Notes under the pieces: model-generated
The model's input: the letters and a program-made list of their open reading frames with translations, nothing else
Database searches by the model: none
Told to the model about the DNA's origin: nothing
Shown here: piece by piece, positions 40,159 through 49,373 of the stretch
How the letters are laid out: each line of letters starts with the position of its first letter
Numbering within the stretch: position 1 is the stretch's first letter
Made by a program: the position numbers and the translations under genes
From: a virus
Taxonomy: Duplodnaviria > Caudoviricetes
Reading direction: 5' to 3' (one strand)
Length of the DNA: 64,000 nt
IMG/VR virus record: IMGVR_UViG_3300031992_000076
Span: 13,904 to 77,903 of that record

Positions 40159-40434
40159 TTATTTTGCAACAGGAATAATTGAATTTTCATCAGATGTAGG
40201 TACAATATCTTCACCAATCTGAACGCCATTTTCATCAAGTTCTTTAATCTTAATTACAGTATTCTTCTTAAGATTTCCGCAGCTCTTTGTAAATAAGTTT
40301 AGAGCATTTTTAGCATCAAACTCAACTCTGCCAGTAGGATTCGTTAAAGTTAGAACTGTAGTTCTCATAATCGGGGTCCCGCCATATTTCTTTTCTTTTG
40401 TTGGATACCACTCAATAGCATAAAATCTTTTCAT
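40159..40434 (-). CDS. Hypothetical protein
   Basis: 91-aa ORF with GGAG RBS. Confidence 0.7.
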   Translation of the reverse strand: MKRFYAIEWYPTKEKKYGGTPIMRTTVLTLTNPTGRVEFDAKNALNLFTKSCGNLKKNTVIKIKELDENGVQIGEDIVPTSDENSIIPVAK

Positions 40435-41243
40435 TAGTTATTATCTCCTTTATCTTCATCAAAATAAATAATTTTAAAAGTATCTAAATCAATAAGTGCT
40501 ATTCTATTACTTATAATAGTGCAGAGGTCTATGTCAAATTTATGACCATCACAATATTTTATTATTTCTGGCTTTTTATCTTCTTTTGCTTCAGTAAGCC
40601 ATTTTCTTTTTTGTATAATTTCCTCTTCTGTGAAGGTGGGCTGATTTTTATATCCATACAAATACTTAAGATATTGAACAGGAGTATGTCCATGAATAAG
40701 ATAGGTATTATCTGGATTAAAGTCTTCTTTTTCATACCCATCATTCCAATCATCATAGAAGTGATCTCTATCCCAAACTGGGTTATGTTGTCTATGAGGA
40801 GTGATAAAAGGGCTATATCCAGCATGCTCAAGAATTACTTTATGTCCTAAAGGAGATTCATAAATTAATTCAGTAGGCATTTTAAGAATAGCTTCTCTAA
40901 TGGCATAAATATCTTGCACATTCATATCCTGAAGTGTCTTTGCAGTTACCTCTCCACCATTACCGTACCATAAATTATACCCATTTCCGCCATAATAGCT
41001 AATATCTTCAATCTCTCTTGCTACATAAGGAATAGCATCAGCCATCATTTCTTCATGATTACCTTTAATGAATTTTACTCTATGGTCATTAATAAGAGTC
41101 TGGAATATTTTAATTCCATCTGGACCTCTATCTATAGCATCACCAAGAAAATAAAGAGTATCATCTGGTTCTATGAAATTTAATACTTTTTCAGCCAATG
41201 TCCAATTTCCATGAAAATCAGCACAGGCATATGTTTTTTTCAT
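40434..41243 (-). CDS. PPP-family Ser/Thr phosphatase-like metallophosphoesterase
   Basis: DFHG, GDAIDRGPDG, KGNHE, HAG, HGHTP. Confidence 0.9.
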   Translation of the reverse strand: MKKTYACADFHGNWTLAEKVLNFIEPDDTLYFLGDAIDRGPDGIKIFQTLINDHRVKFIKGNHEEMMADAIPYVAREIEDISYYGGNGYNLWYGNGGEVTAKTLQDMNVQDIYAIREAILKMPTELIYESPLGHKVILEHAGYSPFITPHRQHNPVWDRDHFYDDWNDGYEKEDFNPDNTYLIHGHTPVQYLKYLYGYKNQPTFTEEEIIQKRKWLTEAKEDKKPEIIKYCDGHKFDIDLCTIISNRIALIDLDTFKIIYFDEDKGDNN

Positions 41244-41249
41244 AGTATA

Positions 41250-41516
41250 TCACCTTCTTTTTAATTCTTCAAAATTAATTATCTCATATTCATATTTTTC
41301 AGGTAAAGATTCAATTTCCCAATTTTGTGCAGAATTTATAACCATTCCCACAATACTTGGGTCTGTAAAAGCTAGTTCCATTGCGTGAGGAAGAGCAAAA
41401 TTATTATAAAAAGCGTTGGCGAAATTACAAGCTTTCGCATCACTATTGAAAACTATTACTGTTCCTTCTTTTGTAGTAAAATATTTATTTAAGTTGGGCT
41501 GAAAAATAATAAACAT
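41250..41516 (-). CDS. Hypothetical protein
   Basis: 88-aa ORF with AGGAG RBS. Confidence 0.7.
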   Translation of the reverse strand: MFIIFQPNLNKYFTTKEGTVIVFNSDAKACNFANAFYNNFALPHAMELAFTDPSIVGMVINSAQNWEIESLPEKYEYEIINFEELKRR

Positions 41517-41544
41517 GATATAACTCCTTTACTTTTATAATAAT

Positions 41545-41573
41545 ATTATAACATAAATTTTTAAAAAATGCAA
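41545..41573 (-). promoter_or_regulatory. Sigma-A-type promoter
   Basis: TTGCAT-17-TATAAT, TG extension. Confidence 0.75.
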
Positions 41574-41574
41574 A

Positions 41575-41607
41575 TAAAAAAATGGGAGGCTTAATAAAAG
41601 CCTCCCA
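41575..41607 (-). terminator. Intrinsic terminator after surface-protein gene
   Basis: TGGGAGGCT/AGCCTCCCA stem with A-run. Confidence 0.85.
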
Positions 41608-41618
41608 AAATTCTAGTT

Positions 41619-44600
41619 CTACTTTTTATCTTTTTCTTCTTTTTTTATATAATGATGAATACCATACCCTCCAGCAAGGATTAAAATGATAATTAATAAT
41701 ATCCACCACAATGAAAGAGTTTCATTATTTTCTTTAATTCCATCTGATAAAGCAATTGTTTGCTGTGCAATATCTGTAAGACTAGGTCTTTTATCATCTG
41801 GATTTTCTTCAGACTGCTGATTGTTATTATCAATTTCATTATCATCAACATTTGTATTTAAGTTATCTCGTTCTGCTCCATTATTTTCTTGCACAGTAGG
41901 ATTATTATTACCTGTTATTGTAAGAGGAGCATCGGCTAAAGGAAGAATTGTAGCAGGAATATCATCTCCAGATGTTTCAATTTCTACTGTATTAATTTCT
42001 TTAATTTTTTCATCAAGAGTTTTCTTAATATCAGCTAATTTCTTATTTAATTCATCTTTTTTATTTTTAGTAATTTCAAAATCTTTTAATGCTTGTTTTA
42101 ATTGATTTTCTAAATCACCAAAATCAGTAATATCTTTATCAATAGATGAATTTGCTTTCATCTTACTAATAGCAATCTGTAAATCTTTTACATTCTGTTT
42201 TGCTTTAATAAAATCTTCGTTAGCTGCTTTTGCTTTATCTGCGATATCTTGATACTTTTGAGCGAGATCTGAAGCGAATTCTACTGCGTCCCTAAAGTTA
42301 CGAGTAGCCTGGGTTTCCGCATTATCAGAAATCATACTATCTTTATTATAAGGCTGTTTTCCATCAGTCTTATAATCCATACCTTCCGCTTTATCTTGAG
42401 TTAAAAGAATAATATTACCAGTATACCAATTATCATTTCTATACTCTTTTACAAGATTTACTTTATCAGTATTATAGATAGTCTGTGCTACTATTTTATC
42501 TTTTTCAATTAATACATTCTTAACTAAATAATTTAAAGTTTTAAAACTATAGGCTGTTGTAGCATTAACTGATGTTTTAACATTATATAATTTCGCATTA
42601 GGATTAATTTTTTCAGTAGCTTTGATAGAAAATTCATTTTTTGCAGTCTCCTCATCATCTGCAATAACATCAATAGAAAGAGATTTGGCATCAATTATAT
42701 ACACACTTGCAGAACCAATATTCCAATCAGTTGGATCAATACCTACATAAATTTTACCTTCTTTAGCAAATTTTTCTGTAAGAGATTTCTCAAGCTTCTC
42801 TTTGTCATCACCACAACCGATAATAGCATCATGTAACCATGAGTAACTTGCAGAATTTGTTTTTGTTACTTTAGCATATTCTACAATTACTTTATTATTT
42901 TCAGCATAATGAGCAATTTCATCATAGTCATGCTGTTCGCCAATACCTAATAAATATGTTCCATTTGAGAATACATATTTATCACTATATCTATTCATTG
43001 TATCTGTATATTTTTCAGAAAATGTTCCAGATATTGAATAAGTTGTTTTAGAAGTAGATTCATATCCAGTTAAATCTGCGATATCACCTTTCTTAAATTC
43101 TTTATTATTGATAATAATAAAATCATTATCTCCTAAAGCATCGATCTTTTTCTGAAGTTCCTGTTTATAAGCGGTTTGCGCTTGCTCTTCATCATCATAA
43201 GAACTCGTTGCAGAAAGAGAAGCTCCAGTATAAGTAGTTGTTGAAACATCTCTTTGAACAGTTTTAATTAATTTACCATTTTCAAAGGCATAACTAATTT
43301 TTTCTTCTCCAATAAAGTTCTTTTGAGTTGTAGTTGTAGTTTCTTCAGTAAAATATACTTTTTCCTGACCGCTTTCCGCAACTTTAAAATATTCATTATT
43401 TTCCTTAATATATTTAATTCCATTCTTTTCTAAAGAATTAGTTGAATTAAGAGTATTAAGTTCTTCTGTAGTAAGTTCAACATTATCTAAAGCATTATGC
43501 TCAGTTTTTTCAAAGATAACAATGCCAGGCCATTTAGCATCATTAGTGCGATTTCCATTAGCAATTTTATAGTTTAAATTCTTTTGAACTGTATTTCCTT
43601 CTTTATCAAGATATGTTACAGTACAATAATTTAATACATCACCTTGAGTACTCTTTGTACCATCTGCATAGGTATAATTACCTGAATATCTATGCCATTC
43701 AATATTTACGAATTCTCCTTCAAGCATTTGAGGGACATAGTAAAATTCAACAATAGAATCAAAGAGCTCTGCATAAGAGCCTTTGCCTGTAAAATTAACT
43801 GATTGATTATTATTTAATTTAGTGGCAATTGAATTCTCTAATGCCTGAACATAACCCATCCCAGAAGCAAGATAATCTTCTTTAGCTTTGCGGGCGGCGG
43901 TCTCGAGATCGGCAGTCTTAGATATAAGATCTTCTAATCTATCTTCCGCTTCATTAGCCTGGATTCCCGCAACATCTTTGTTTAATTCAAAATTATCTTG
44001 AGCATTTTCAAATTGAGATTTTAAAGAAGTATATGCACTTACCGCCTCATTATAAGCAGCCTTATCTTTATCAAATTTTTCTTTGATATTATTTAATTCT
44101 TTTTCTGTTTCTTCTACTGTTTTATTCATATTGGAAACAGCAGCACTAGCATCAGAATAAATTTGATTTAATTCTACTTCATTAGAAATTTTTTCTAAAA
44201 CACTTGAACTAGCATCGAGAATTTTTTCAGTGTCTTCCACTTTTTTATTAGCTTTATCAGTTAAATCTTTTGCTTGATTAACTAAATCGGTAGCATCCTC
44301 TACTTTTTCTTTTGTTATATCTGCCTGCAATTCAGCACTTTCCGCTTTATTTTCAGCAATTATAGCAAATCCTTCAGCATTTTTACTAACTCCATATGCT
44401 TTACGAACATCTACCTCAGGGGCATCTATTTTTCTTTCAATATTATAATCCATTTCTGCTTCAAGTTCTTCTTTTGTTTCTTGAACAGATTCAGAAGGGA
44501 CTGTTTGTGCCTGGTCAATAGCTTCTAATGCTTCTCCTTCTCCTTTTTTAATATTGATATATGCTTCGTCTGTTTTTTCTTCCATTTTACTATTAACAGC

Positions 44601-44735
44601 TTCTTCATTATCATTATTAGTGATAGGAGTAGTATCTTCTGCAGCCATAACTGTCATAGATTCTGTGGATAAAGCAAGAGAAAGACCAATAGTTAAAGCT
44701 TTAATGATTTTTTTGTTAATTAAAGTTTTTTTCAT
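41619..44735 (-). CDS. Large exported, C-terminally anchored cell-surface protein
   Basis: Signal peptide (MKKTLINKK...VMAAED), long coiled coils flanking a beta-rich core, C-terminal TM helix plus charged tail. Confidence 0.85.
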   Translation of the reverse strand: MKKTLINKKIIKALTIGLSLALSTESMTVMAAEDTTPITNNDNEEAVNSKMEEKTDEAYINIKKGEGEALEAIDQAQTVPSESVQETKEELEAEMDYNIERKIDAPEVDVRKAYGVSKNAEGFAIIAENKAESAELQADITKEKVEDATDLVNQAKDLTDKANKKVEDTEKILDASSSVLEKISNEVELNQIYSDASAAVSNMNKTVEETEKELNNIKEKFDKDKAAYNEAVSAYTSLKSQFENAQDNFELNKDVAGIQANEAEDRLEDLISKTADLETAARKAKEDYLASGMGYVQALENSIATKLNNNQSVNFTGKGSYAELFDSIVEFYYVPQMLEGEFVNIEWHRYSGNYTYADGTKSTQGDVLNYCTVTYLDKEGNTVQKNLNYKIANGNRTNDAKWPGIVIFEKTEHNALDNVELTTEELNTLNSTNSLEKNGIKYIKENNEYFKVAESGQEKVYFTEETTTTTQKNFIGEEKISYAFENGKLIKTVQRDVSTTTYTGASLSATSSYDDEEQAQTAYKQELQKKIDALGDNDFIIINNKEFKKGDIADLTGYESTSKTTYSISGTFSEKYTDTMNRYSDKYVFSNGTYLLGIGEQHDYDEIAHYAENNKVIVEYAKVTKTNSASYSWLHDAIIGCGDDKEKLEKSLTEKFAKEGKIYVGIDPTDWNIGSASVYIIDAKSLSIDVIADDEETAKNEFSIKATEKINPNAKLYNVKTSVNATTAYSFKTLNYLVKNVLIEKDKIVAQTIYNTDKVNLVKEYRNDNWYTGNIILLTQDKAEGMDYKTDGKQPYNKDSMISDNAETQATRNFRDAVEFASDLAQKYQDIADKAKAANEDFIKAKQNVKDLQIAISKMKANSSIDKDITDFGDLENQLKQALKDFEITKNKKDELNKKLADIKKTLDEKIKEINTVEIETSGDDIPATILPLADAPLTITGNNNPTVQENNGAERDNLNTNVDDNEIDNNNQQSEENPDDKRPSLTDIAQQTIALSDGIKENNETLSLWWILLIIILILAGGYGIHHYIKKEEKDKK

Positions 44736-44789
44736 GTTCTCCTCCTTTTATATATAAAAAAATATCAGAACTATTCTGATATTTTTAAA

Positions 44790-44922
44790 TACAACAGGTA
44801 AGGATTTGCACCTTACATGGGCTCCTTGGTCAGCATCCGTGTAGCTTCTTAAAGCCCCTCTAAGATGATTTGCCCTAATATACCAAGTTCTTATCTACGT
44901 CTACCTATTTCGCCACTGTTGC
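44790..44922 (-). ncRNA. Non-canonical tRNA-like RNA (133 nt) with expanded anticodon/variable region
   Basis: Acceptor GCAACAG/CUGUUGU, Leu-type D-arm GCGAAAUAGGUAGACGU, T-arm GUAAGG-UGCAAAU-CCUUAC; no 7-nt anticodon loop. Confidence 0.7.
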
Positions 44923-44993
44923 ATACATCGACATACATCCGACAGGATGTCAACTAATCTGTACAATCGAATGAGATGGACACTCGACTGCTA

Positions 44994-45115
44994 TCTCAGG
45001 CAGGGACTCGAACCCTGCTCTTCCGCTATTCCACCGACTGACTTGACTGCCAGGTTGCCAAGGTTTCATTCTCTCCACGCACTTTAAGTCTTCCGACTCT
45101 CTATGCACTTTGAGC
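44994..45115 (-). ncRNA. T-arm-bearing structured RNA, homologous to 61648-61794
   Basis: GCAGGG-UUCGAGU-CCCUGC T-arm, CUUGG/UCAAG stem, AGUC-GGAA-GACU hairpin; ends approximate. Confidence 0.55.
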
Positions 45116-45123
45116 GGGCATAA

Positions 45124-45194
45124 CAGCGGTTAGTGGAGTCGGACCACTCTAATCTGGGTCAAAGCCAGCTGCACTGCCGATGTGCTAAACCGCT
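45124..45194 (-). tRNA. tRNA-Gln(UUG), atypical T-loop
   Basis: AGCGGUU/AACCGCU acceptor, loop CUUUGAC, T-loop UCCGACU; no encoded CCA. Confidence 0.8.
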
Positions 45195-45204
45195 AAAATT
45201 AATT

Positions 45205-45468
45205 TTAAAAATTATGACGATATCTATCTCCCCAAAAATAGTCCCCTTTAACAAGATAAGTATCATCTTCTAAGAGGTCTACTTGAGATATATATTCTTT
45301 TTTACGAAATAAACCATATTCATTTTTCCAAGTGTGCTCAAATTGCACACCATAAATTTGACCATGATTGGTATAAACTTTGATTACAGTTTCAGGATAT
45401 CTAGAATCTGTTAATTCTGTATAAAAATGGTCGCCTACTTTAATGCTATTTAATTCTTCAATCTTCAT
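45205..45468 (-). CDS. Hypothetical protein
   Basis: 87-aa ORF with AAGGAG RBS. Confidence 0.7.
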   Translation of the reverse strand: MKIEELNSIKVGDHFYTELTDSRYPETVIKVYTNHGQIYGVQFEHTWKNEYGLFRKKEYISQVDLLEDDTYLVKGDYFWGDRYRHNF

Positions 45469-45628
45469 TCTGCTTCTCCTTTTTTAAGGCTATAACAACC
45501 AATTCCACACATCATTATAAAAAATATAATTATTAAACTTGAAATTAATTTATTCATCTTCTTTTTTATATGTTTTATGTATAATAGATAATATTTTTTA
45601 ATAACCGCAATAAAATCTTTACTTTTTA

Positions 45629-45790
45629 CTACTCTTCGAGCCATCGCCATCTAAGATGCCACCCTAAAAAATGAATAGAAATATGTAAATTTTTCTTACA
45701 ATAATATGGTTGATTTATTTGTATTGCAATAGTTGGCAGTATGAATACCCAATCCCATGCCGTTAGAAATGTAAATTCGCTAAATTTCAT
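45629..45790 (-). CDS. Small Trp-rich hypothetical protein (53 aa)
   Basis: MKFSEFTFLTAWDWVFILPTIAI...FLGWHLRWRWLEE. Confidence 0.55.
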   Translation of the reverse strand: MKFSEFTFLTAWDWVFILPTIAIQINQPYYCKKNLHISIHFLGWHLRWRWLEE

Positions 45791-45799
45791 TTTTTCTCT

Positions 45800-46046
45800 C
45801 TATCCAAGTGGAATATAATAAATCATTAAAATTGACCAAATAATATATATAGTCCAAATCAATGTACTAGCTATTATTCGTATTGTTTTTTTCTTCTTCA
45901 TTTTTTTTGTCCTGTATTTTAAGATATATAGCAACTATTATTGTAATTATTGCAAACAGTAATATAAAAAGTATTCTACCTAATCCTGGGTCACGTTCAA
46001 AGCTAAATATATCCTCAAGAATTCTTATCCATTGTTCATGTGTCAT
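45800..46046 (-). pseudogene. Two-TM membrane protein gene frameshifted at a poly-A tract
   Basis: As written it stops after 59 aa; deleting one A from the A-tracts at 45886-45908 gives an 81-aa two-TM ORF ending at TAG 45800. Confidence 0.5.
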
Positions 46047-46189
46047 TTTATATCGTCCTCTGCTAATCGTTCTTTACGCGCATATATTTTTAAAATATCT
46101 GCTATAAGCTCTGGAAATGATATATTTAAATCCTCAGTCATATCACATAAATAATCGTATACGGCATATTCTACTACTGATTTATTCAT
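46043..46189 (-). CDS. Small hypothetical protein (48 aa)
   Basis: MNKSVVEYAVYDYLCDMTEDL...; ATGA overlaps at both ends. Confidence 0.55.
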   Translation of the reverse strand: MNKSVVEYAVYDYLCDMTEDLNISFPELIADILKIYARKERLAEDDIK

Positions 46190-46674
46190 TCTACTACTCC
46201 TAGATAATACTTCTTTATACGTTCTTCACCAACTCTATCAACTGCGGTTTTCGCATCTTTCTCACTTGCAAAGTATATAGATGTGAATTTACTTCTAAGA
46301 TTATAGTCTATAAGAATTTCTCGATTGTGAAAATCATACACAATACTGTAGTGAGGTACAGTTCCGTCCCATTTAGCATCACTAGGTTCTGCAAACTCTT
46401 TAAGTTCTGCCAAGACTTTAAGTTTTTCTCGTGCAAACCTTCCTTCTTCCCAAGTCTTAAAACAGTTACCAATGGCATAACAATCATAGTCATAATTCGA
46501 GTCATTCCATCTATGCGGTACTATTGCTAGCAGACCATCACTCCTCATATTGTAATAATGGTCGTCAATTTCGGGCTTCCATCTTCCTGAATCTTCTTCA
46601 ATTTCAACCTTTTTAAGGACTTCAATCTCATCTTGAAGCGCTTTCATTTTTGCTTCGTACTCTGAACGTTTCAT
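46186..46674 (-). CDS. Hypothetical phage protein
   Basis: MKRSEYEAK...WKPE...GNCFKT...IYFASE..A..A. Confidence 0.75.
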   Translation of the reverse strand: MKRSEYEAKMKALQDEIEVLKKVEIEEDSGRWKPEIDDHYYNMRSDGLLAIVPHRWNDSNYDYDCYAIGNCFKTWEEGRFAREKLKVLAELKEFAEPSDAKWDGTVPHYSIVYDFHNREILIDYNLRSKFTSIYFASEKDAKTAVDRVGEERIKKYYLGVVE

Positions 46675-46693
46675 TATTTTCTCACTTTCTATA

Positions 46694-46891
46694 TTATTGT
46701 AAATGTTGTGCAATATAACTAATAAAACTCCAAATAAATAAAATTGTAATTGTTACAATTATCCAACCACCAGTAGAAGTTTTAAAATTATAAGACGACT
46801 TTTTCCGACAAGTTTGAATTATATCTTTAATTGCTGATACAGTCCATACACTATATGCAAACGATAGCATCCATATCCATAAATATTGCAT
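46694..46891 (-). CDS. Small two-TM protein
   Basis: Two hydrophobic segments. Confidence 0.6.
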   Translation of the reverse strand: MQYLWIWMLSFAYSVWTVSAIKDIIQTCRKKSSYNFKTSTGGWIIVTITILFIWSFISYIAQHLQ

Positions 46892-46893
46892 TT

Positions 46894-47175
46894 TTAATCA
46901 CCGCCTTCCGCTTCTATGACTATAGGTGCCTGTATAAGCAAAGATTGAGCAAAATTCCAAGCATAATATTCATATTGGGTTCTTGGTAGCGTATCAGCAT
47001 CAGCATTAGTCATTTTATTTAGTACCCAATCCGCATCAATCAATCTTCCATGATTTCTAGGAAGTGGTGTACCATTTCCAATGGCTTTGATAAGTATATT
47101 CTTTTCCTCTTCTGTAAAAGGTCTCTCAAAACCCTCGCATACTAATTTTTCTGGAACATCAATTACTATCTGCAT
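46894..47175 (-). CDS. Hypothetical phage protein
   Basis: MQIVIDVP...AIGNGTPLP..HGRLIDAD module typical of Firmicutes phages. Confidence 0.7.
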   Translation of the reverse strand: MQIVIDVPEKLVCEGFERPFTEEEKNILIKAIGNGTPLPRNHGRLIDADWVLNKMTNADADTLPRTQYEYYAWNFAQSLLIQAPIVIEAEGGD

Positions 47176-47184
47176 GTTATTTTC

Positions 47185-47334
47185 TCACTTTCTGACACAA
47201 AAATCAATTAATTCATATCTAAACAATGCTTTTATTAATGTTTTTATCATTAAAAATTTACTATTTGTATAAAAAGTAATTCCCCATATTTTATCTTTGT
47301 AGTTTTTTGCTAAAATTGCATATTTATGACCCAT
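47185..47334 (-). CDS. Small hypothetical protein (49 aa)
   Basis: MGHKYAILAKNY...; below ORF-track cutoff. Confidence 0.45.
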   Translation of the reverse strand: MGHKYAILAKNYKDKIWGITFYTNSKFLMIKTLIKALFRYELIDFCVRK

Positions 47335-47357
47335 ATTATTTTTCTCTTTTCTGTGAC

Positions 47358-47540
47358 TCAATATTCATACAATGAGATTACTTCTTCTATCACATTGTCG
47401 TTTTCATCATAAATTTCTTCTTCGTAACAGCCTAATATTTCATTTTGTTCAGATGTATCACAGCTTCCATGTGCATACAACAGTACTCGCTGATTCTTGT
47501 CATATTTATTTAATTCTGTAATAAGCTCTCCTACTGTCAT
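47358..47540 (-). CDS. Hypothetical phage protein
   Basis: MTVGELITELNKYD... 60 aa, GAGG RBS. Confidence 0.7.
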   Translation of the reverse strand: MTVGELITELNKYDKNQRVLLYAHGSCDTSEQNEILGCYEEEIYDENDNVIEEVISLYEY

Positions 47541-47672
47541 TTATTCCTCACTTTCTGCCTTATACGGACATTCTTTTTCATCGCAATACCATTCAAAGAA
47601 AAGATTATCAACATAACTTTTGTCACAAGATAAGCAAGGTTCTTTCAATAACCCTTCTTCGTCATACTTCAT
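47541..47672 (-). CDS. Small Cys-containing hypothetical protein (43 aa)
   Basis: MKYDEEGLLKEPCLSC...CDEKECPY. Confidence 0.5.
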   Translation of the reverse strand: MKYDEEGLLKEPCLSCDKSYVDNLFFEWYCDEKECPYKAESEE

Positions 47673-47956
47673 TCTTCAATCCCCTTATCCTTGTACTTGT
47701 CGATAATCGCCAATACTTCATCTTCCTTGACATAAGTATCGAAGTGATTAACAAATGGATATGTTTTAACGAGTTCTGTTACTTCTTTCCTTATCTTATC
47801 TAATACATTTTCTTTAGGATTGGGAGTAGCACTTTGTAAAGCCTCTTTAAAGTACAGATAACTTCCATTCAAAAACGCTCTACTAAGATGGGAGTCATCA
47901 TCTGCTGACACTATCTCGTCAAATACTTCTTCATCTAACTCGATTATGTATTTCAT
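47669..47956 (-). CDS. Hypothetical phage protein
   Basis: 95-aa ORF, VLDKIR...EVLAIIDKY module. Confidence 0.7.
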   Translation of the reverse strand: MKYIIELDEEVFDEIVSADDDSHLSRAFLNGSYLYFKEALQSATPNPKENVLDKIRKEVTELVKTYPFVNHFDTYVKEDEVLAIIDKYKDKGIEE

Positions 47957-48609
47957 TCCTTTTCACCTCTCATATCTGCTCCACAATCAGGACAGAAATG
48001 GCTTAATTTCCAATGAATACCATCTGCAAACTCAACGCTTGGGGCTAAACAAGCACAACGAGAGCATTCATAATATCCGTTTTTGTGTAACCACCTTCCT
48101 ACATGTCTCGTAGGAGGAACAAGAGGTAATGATAATAACCTTGTTACATCCTTCTCTGTATGTCCATCCCACTCTTTGCCACATTCAAGTTCTTTACACT
48201 TAAACAAATCCCAATATTTCTTGTGGTAATGATATGTATATGAACCTTCGGGAGTATCAATTCCAACAATGAACATTTCTCCATCTTCGTCAAAGCAATA
48301 GTGCCCGTCAGAATGCTTAAAGGATTTCCATGATATATCGGGGTGCTCATTGACAAGAGTTGCAAATAACATGGCTCGTTGATGATAGAGTTGATTAAAT
48401 GTATGATAACCATCTGACACTTCGCCTTTATCCTCGCAAGGTTGTTGCTCTAAGGCTTTGATGTTATTACATAATGCCTTATTGACCTTTAACAACATCT
48501 TATCCTTGTCGGTCATAGGTGTTTCTTCATCATCACCACAGACATCAAAGAATCCGTATATGGTCTTGTGTACTATGTCAATTATGGTTTTTATATCTTC
48601 TTTTGTCAT
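47953..48609 (-). CDS. Mosaic hypothetical protein: WDGH-motif domain plus C-terminal Zn ribbon
   Basis: SDGYHTFNQLYHQR...WDGHT and YECSRC...FCPDCGA. Confidence 0.7.
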   Translation of the reverse strand: MTKEDIKTIIDIVHKTIYGFFDVCGDDEETPMTDKDKMLLKVNKALCNNIKALEQQPCEDKGEVSDGYHTFNQLYHQRAMLFATLVNEHPDISWKSFKHSDGHYCFDEDGEMFIVGIDTPEGSYTYHYHKKYWDLFKCKELECGKEWDGHTEKDVTRLLSLPLVPPTRHVGRWLHKNGYYECSRCACLAPSVEFADGIHWKLSHFCPDCGADMRGEKE

Positions 48610-49169
48610 TTCTCTTTATCCTTACTTTCTGCCAATGGCTCAAACATATAACAATATCCATTCCCCATATATACTTCTTCATGATTTATAGGGCATCGGC
48701 TTTCAGCTCCAACACCTCTCCGATATGCTCCATCGCTATCTTTCCACCACTTGCAATCCTTACATCGCCCCATCTTTGGTTGTGGTGTAACGGGCGGCAA
48801 AGCCTTAATAACATCTTCGATAAGACAATCTCTACAATCTTGAATAGATGTTCTTTGATAATATTCATCGTGAAAATAATTTTTAATTGAATCTATTACC
48901 GCTTGTCTGCTTACAGCGTCCTTACAAGACTCTTGCTCTAACGTCTCAAAATCAACTCCTGTTGGTTTACTTATACTCTTAATATAATTCTCTACTGACT
49001 TCTGTTCTTCTGGTGTAGCATCACGCATACTAATGACTTTTCCTATATTTGAATCTTGCTCTAAGGCTTGAATTGCTAACTCAAAGAATTCGTAAGTTCT
49101 GGAATGTTTACTGTCTTCGTTAACGTCTAACCACATCTTGCCAAATTCTATTGCTTCTTCTTTTGTCAT
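48606..49169 (-). CDS. Mosaic hypothetical phage protein
   Basis: DAVSRQAVID, LPPVTPQP, CKDCKWW modules. Confidence 0.7.
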   Translation of the reverse strand: MTKEEAIEFGKMWLDVNEDSKHSRTYEFFELAIQALEQDSNIGKVISMRDATPEEQKSVENYIKSISKPTGVDFETLEQESCKDAVSRQAVIDSIKNYFHDEYYQRTSIQDCRDCLIEDVIKALPPVTPQPKMGRCKDCKWWKDSDGAYRRGVGAESRCPINHEEVYMGNGYCYMFEPLAESKDKEK

Positions 49170-49300
49170 ACTTTCTCACCTTTACTTTTTGCCTTGTATG
49201 CTAAATGGTCATGAAACCATACATAATATTGGTTATTTTTCATTTTTTCTTAAATTTTTCAATATTTCTTTGACATTTAATTTATCTAAAAAATATAAAA

Positions 49301-49371
49301 AGGTGATAATAAGATTCGAACTTATGATACTGATTTTGCAGACCAGCGCCTTACCACTTGGCTATATCACC
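49301..49371 (-). tRNA. tRNA-Cys(GCA)
   Basis: GGUGAUA/UAUCACC acceptor, U73, loop CUGCAAA, UUCGAAU T-loop. Confidence 0.92.
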
Positions 49372-49373
49372 AT

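Noticed and set aside
45465-45650. 61-aa ORF as listed
   Set aside because: The start overlaps the 53-aa ORF with no RBS; a shorter downstream start may be real but is unsupported.
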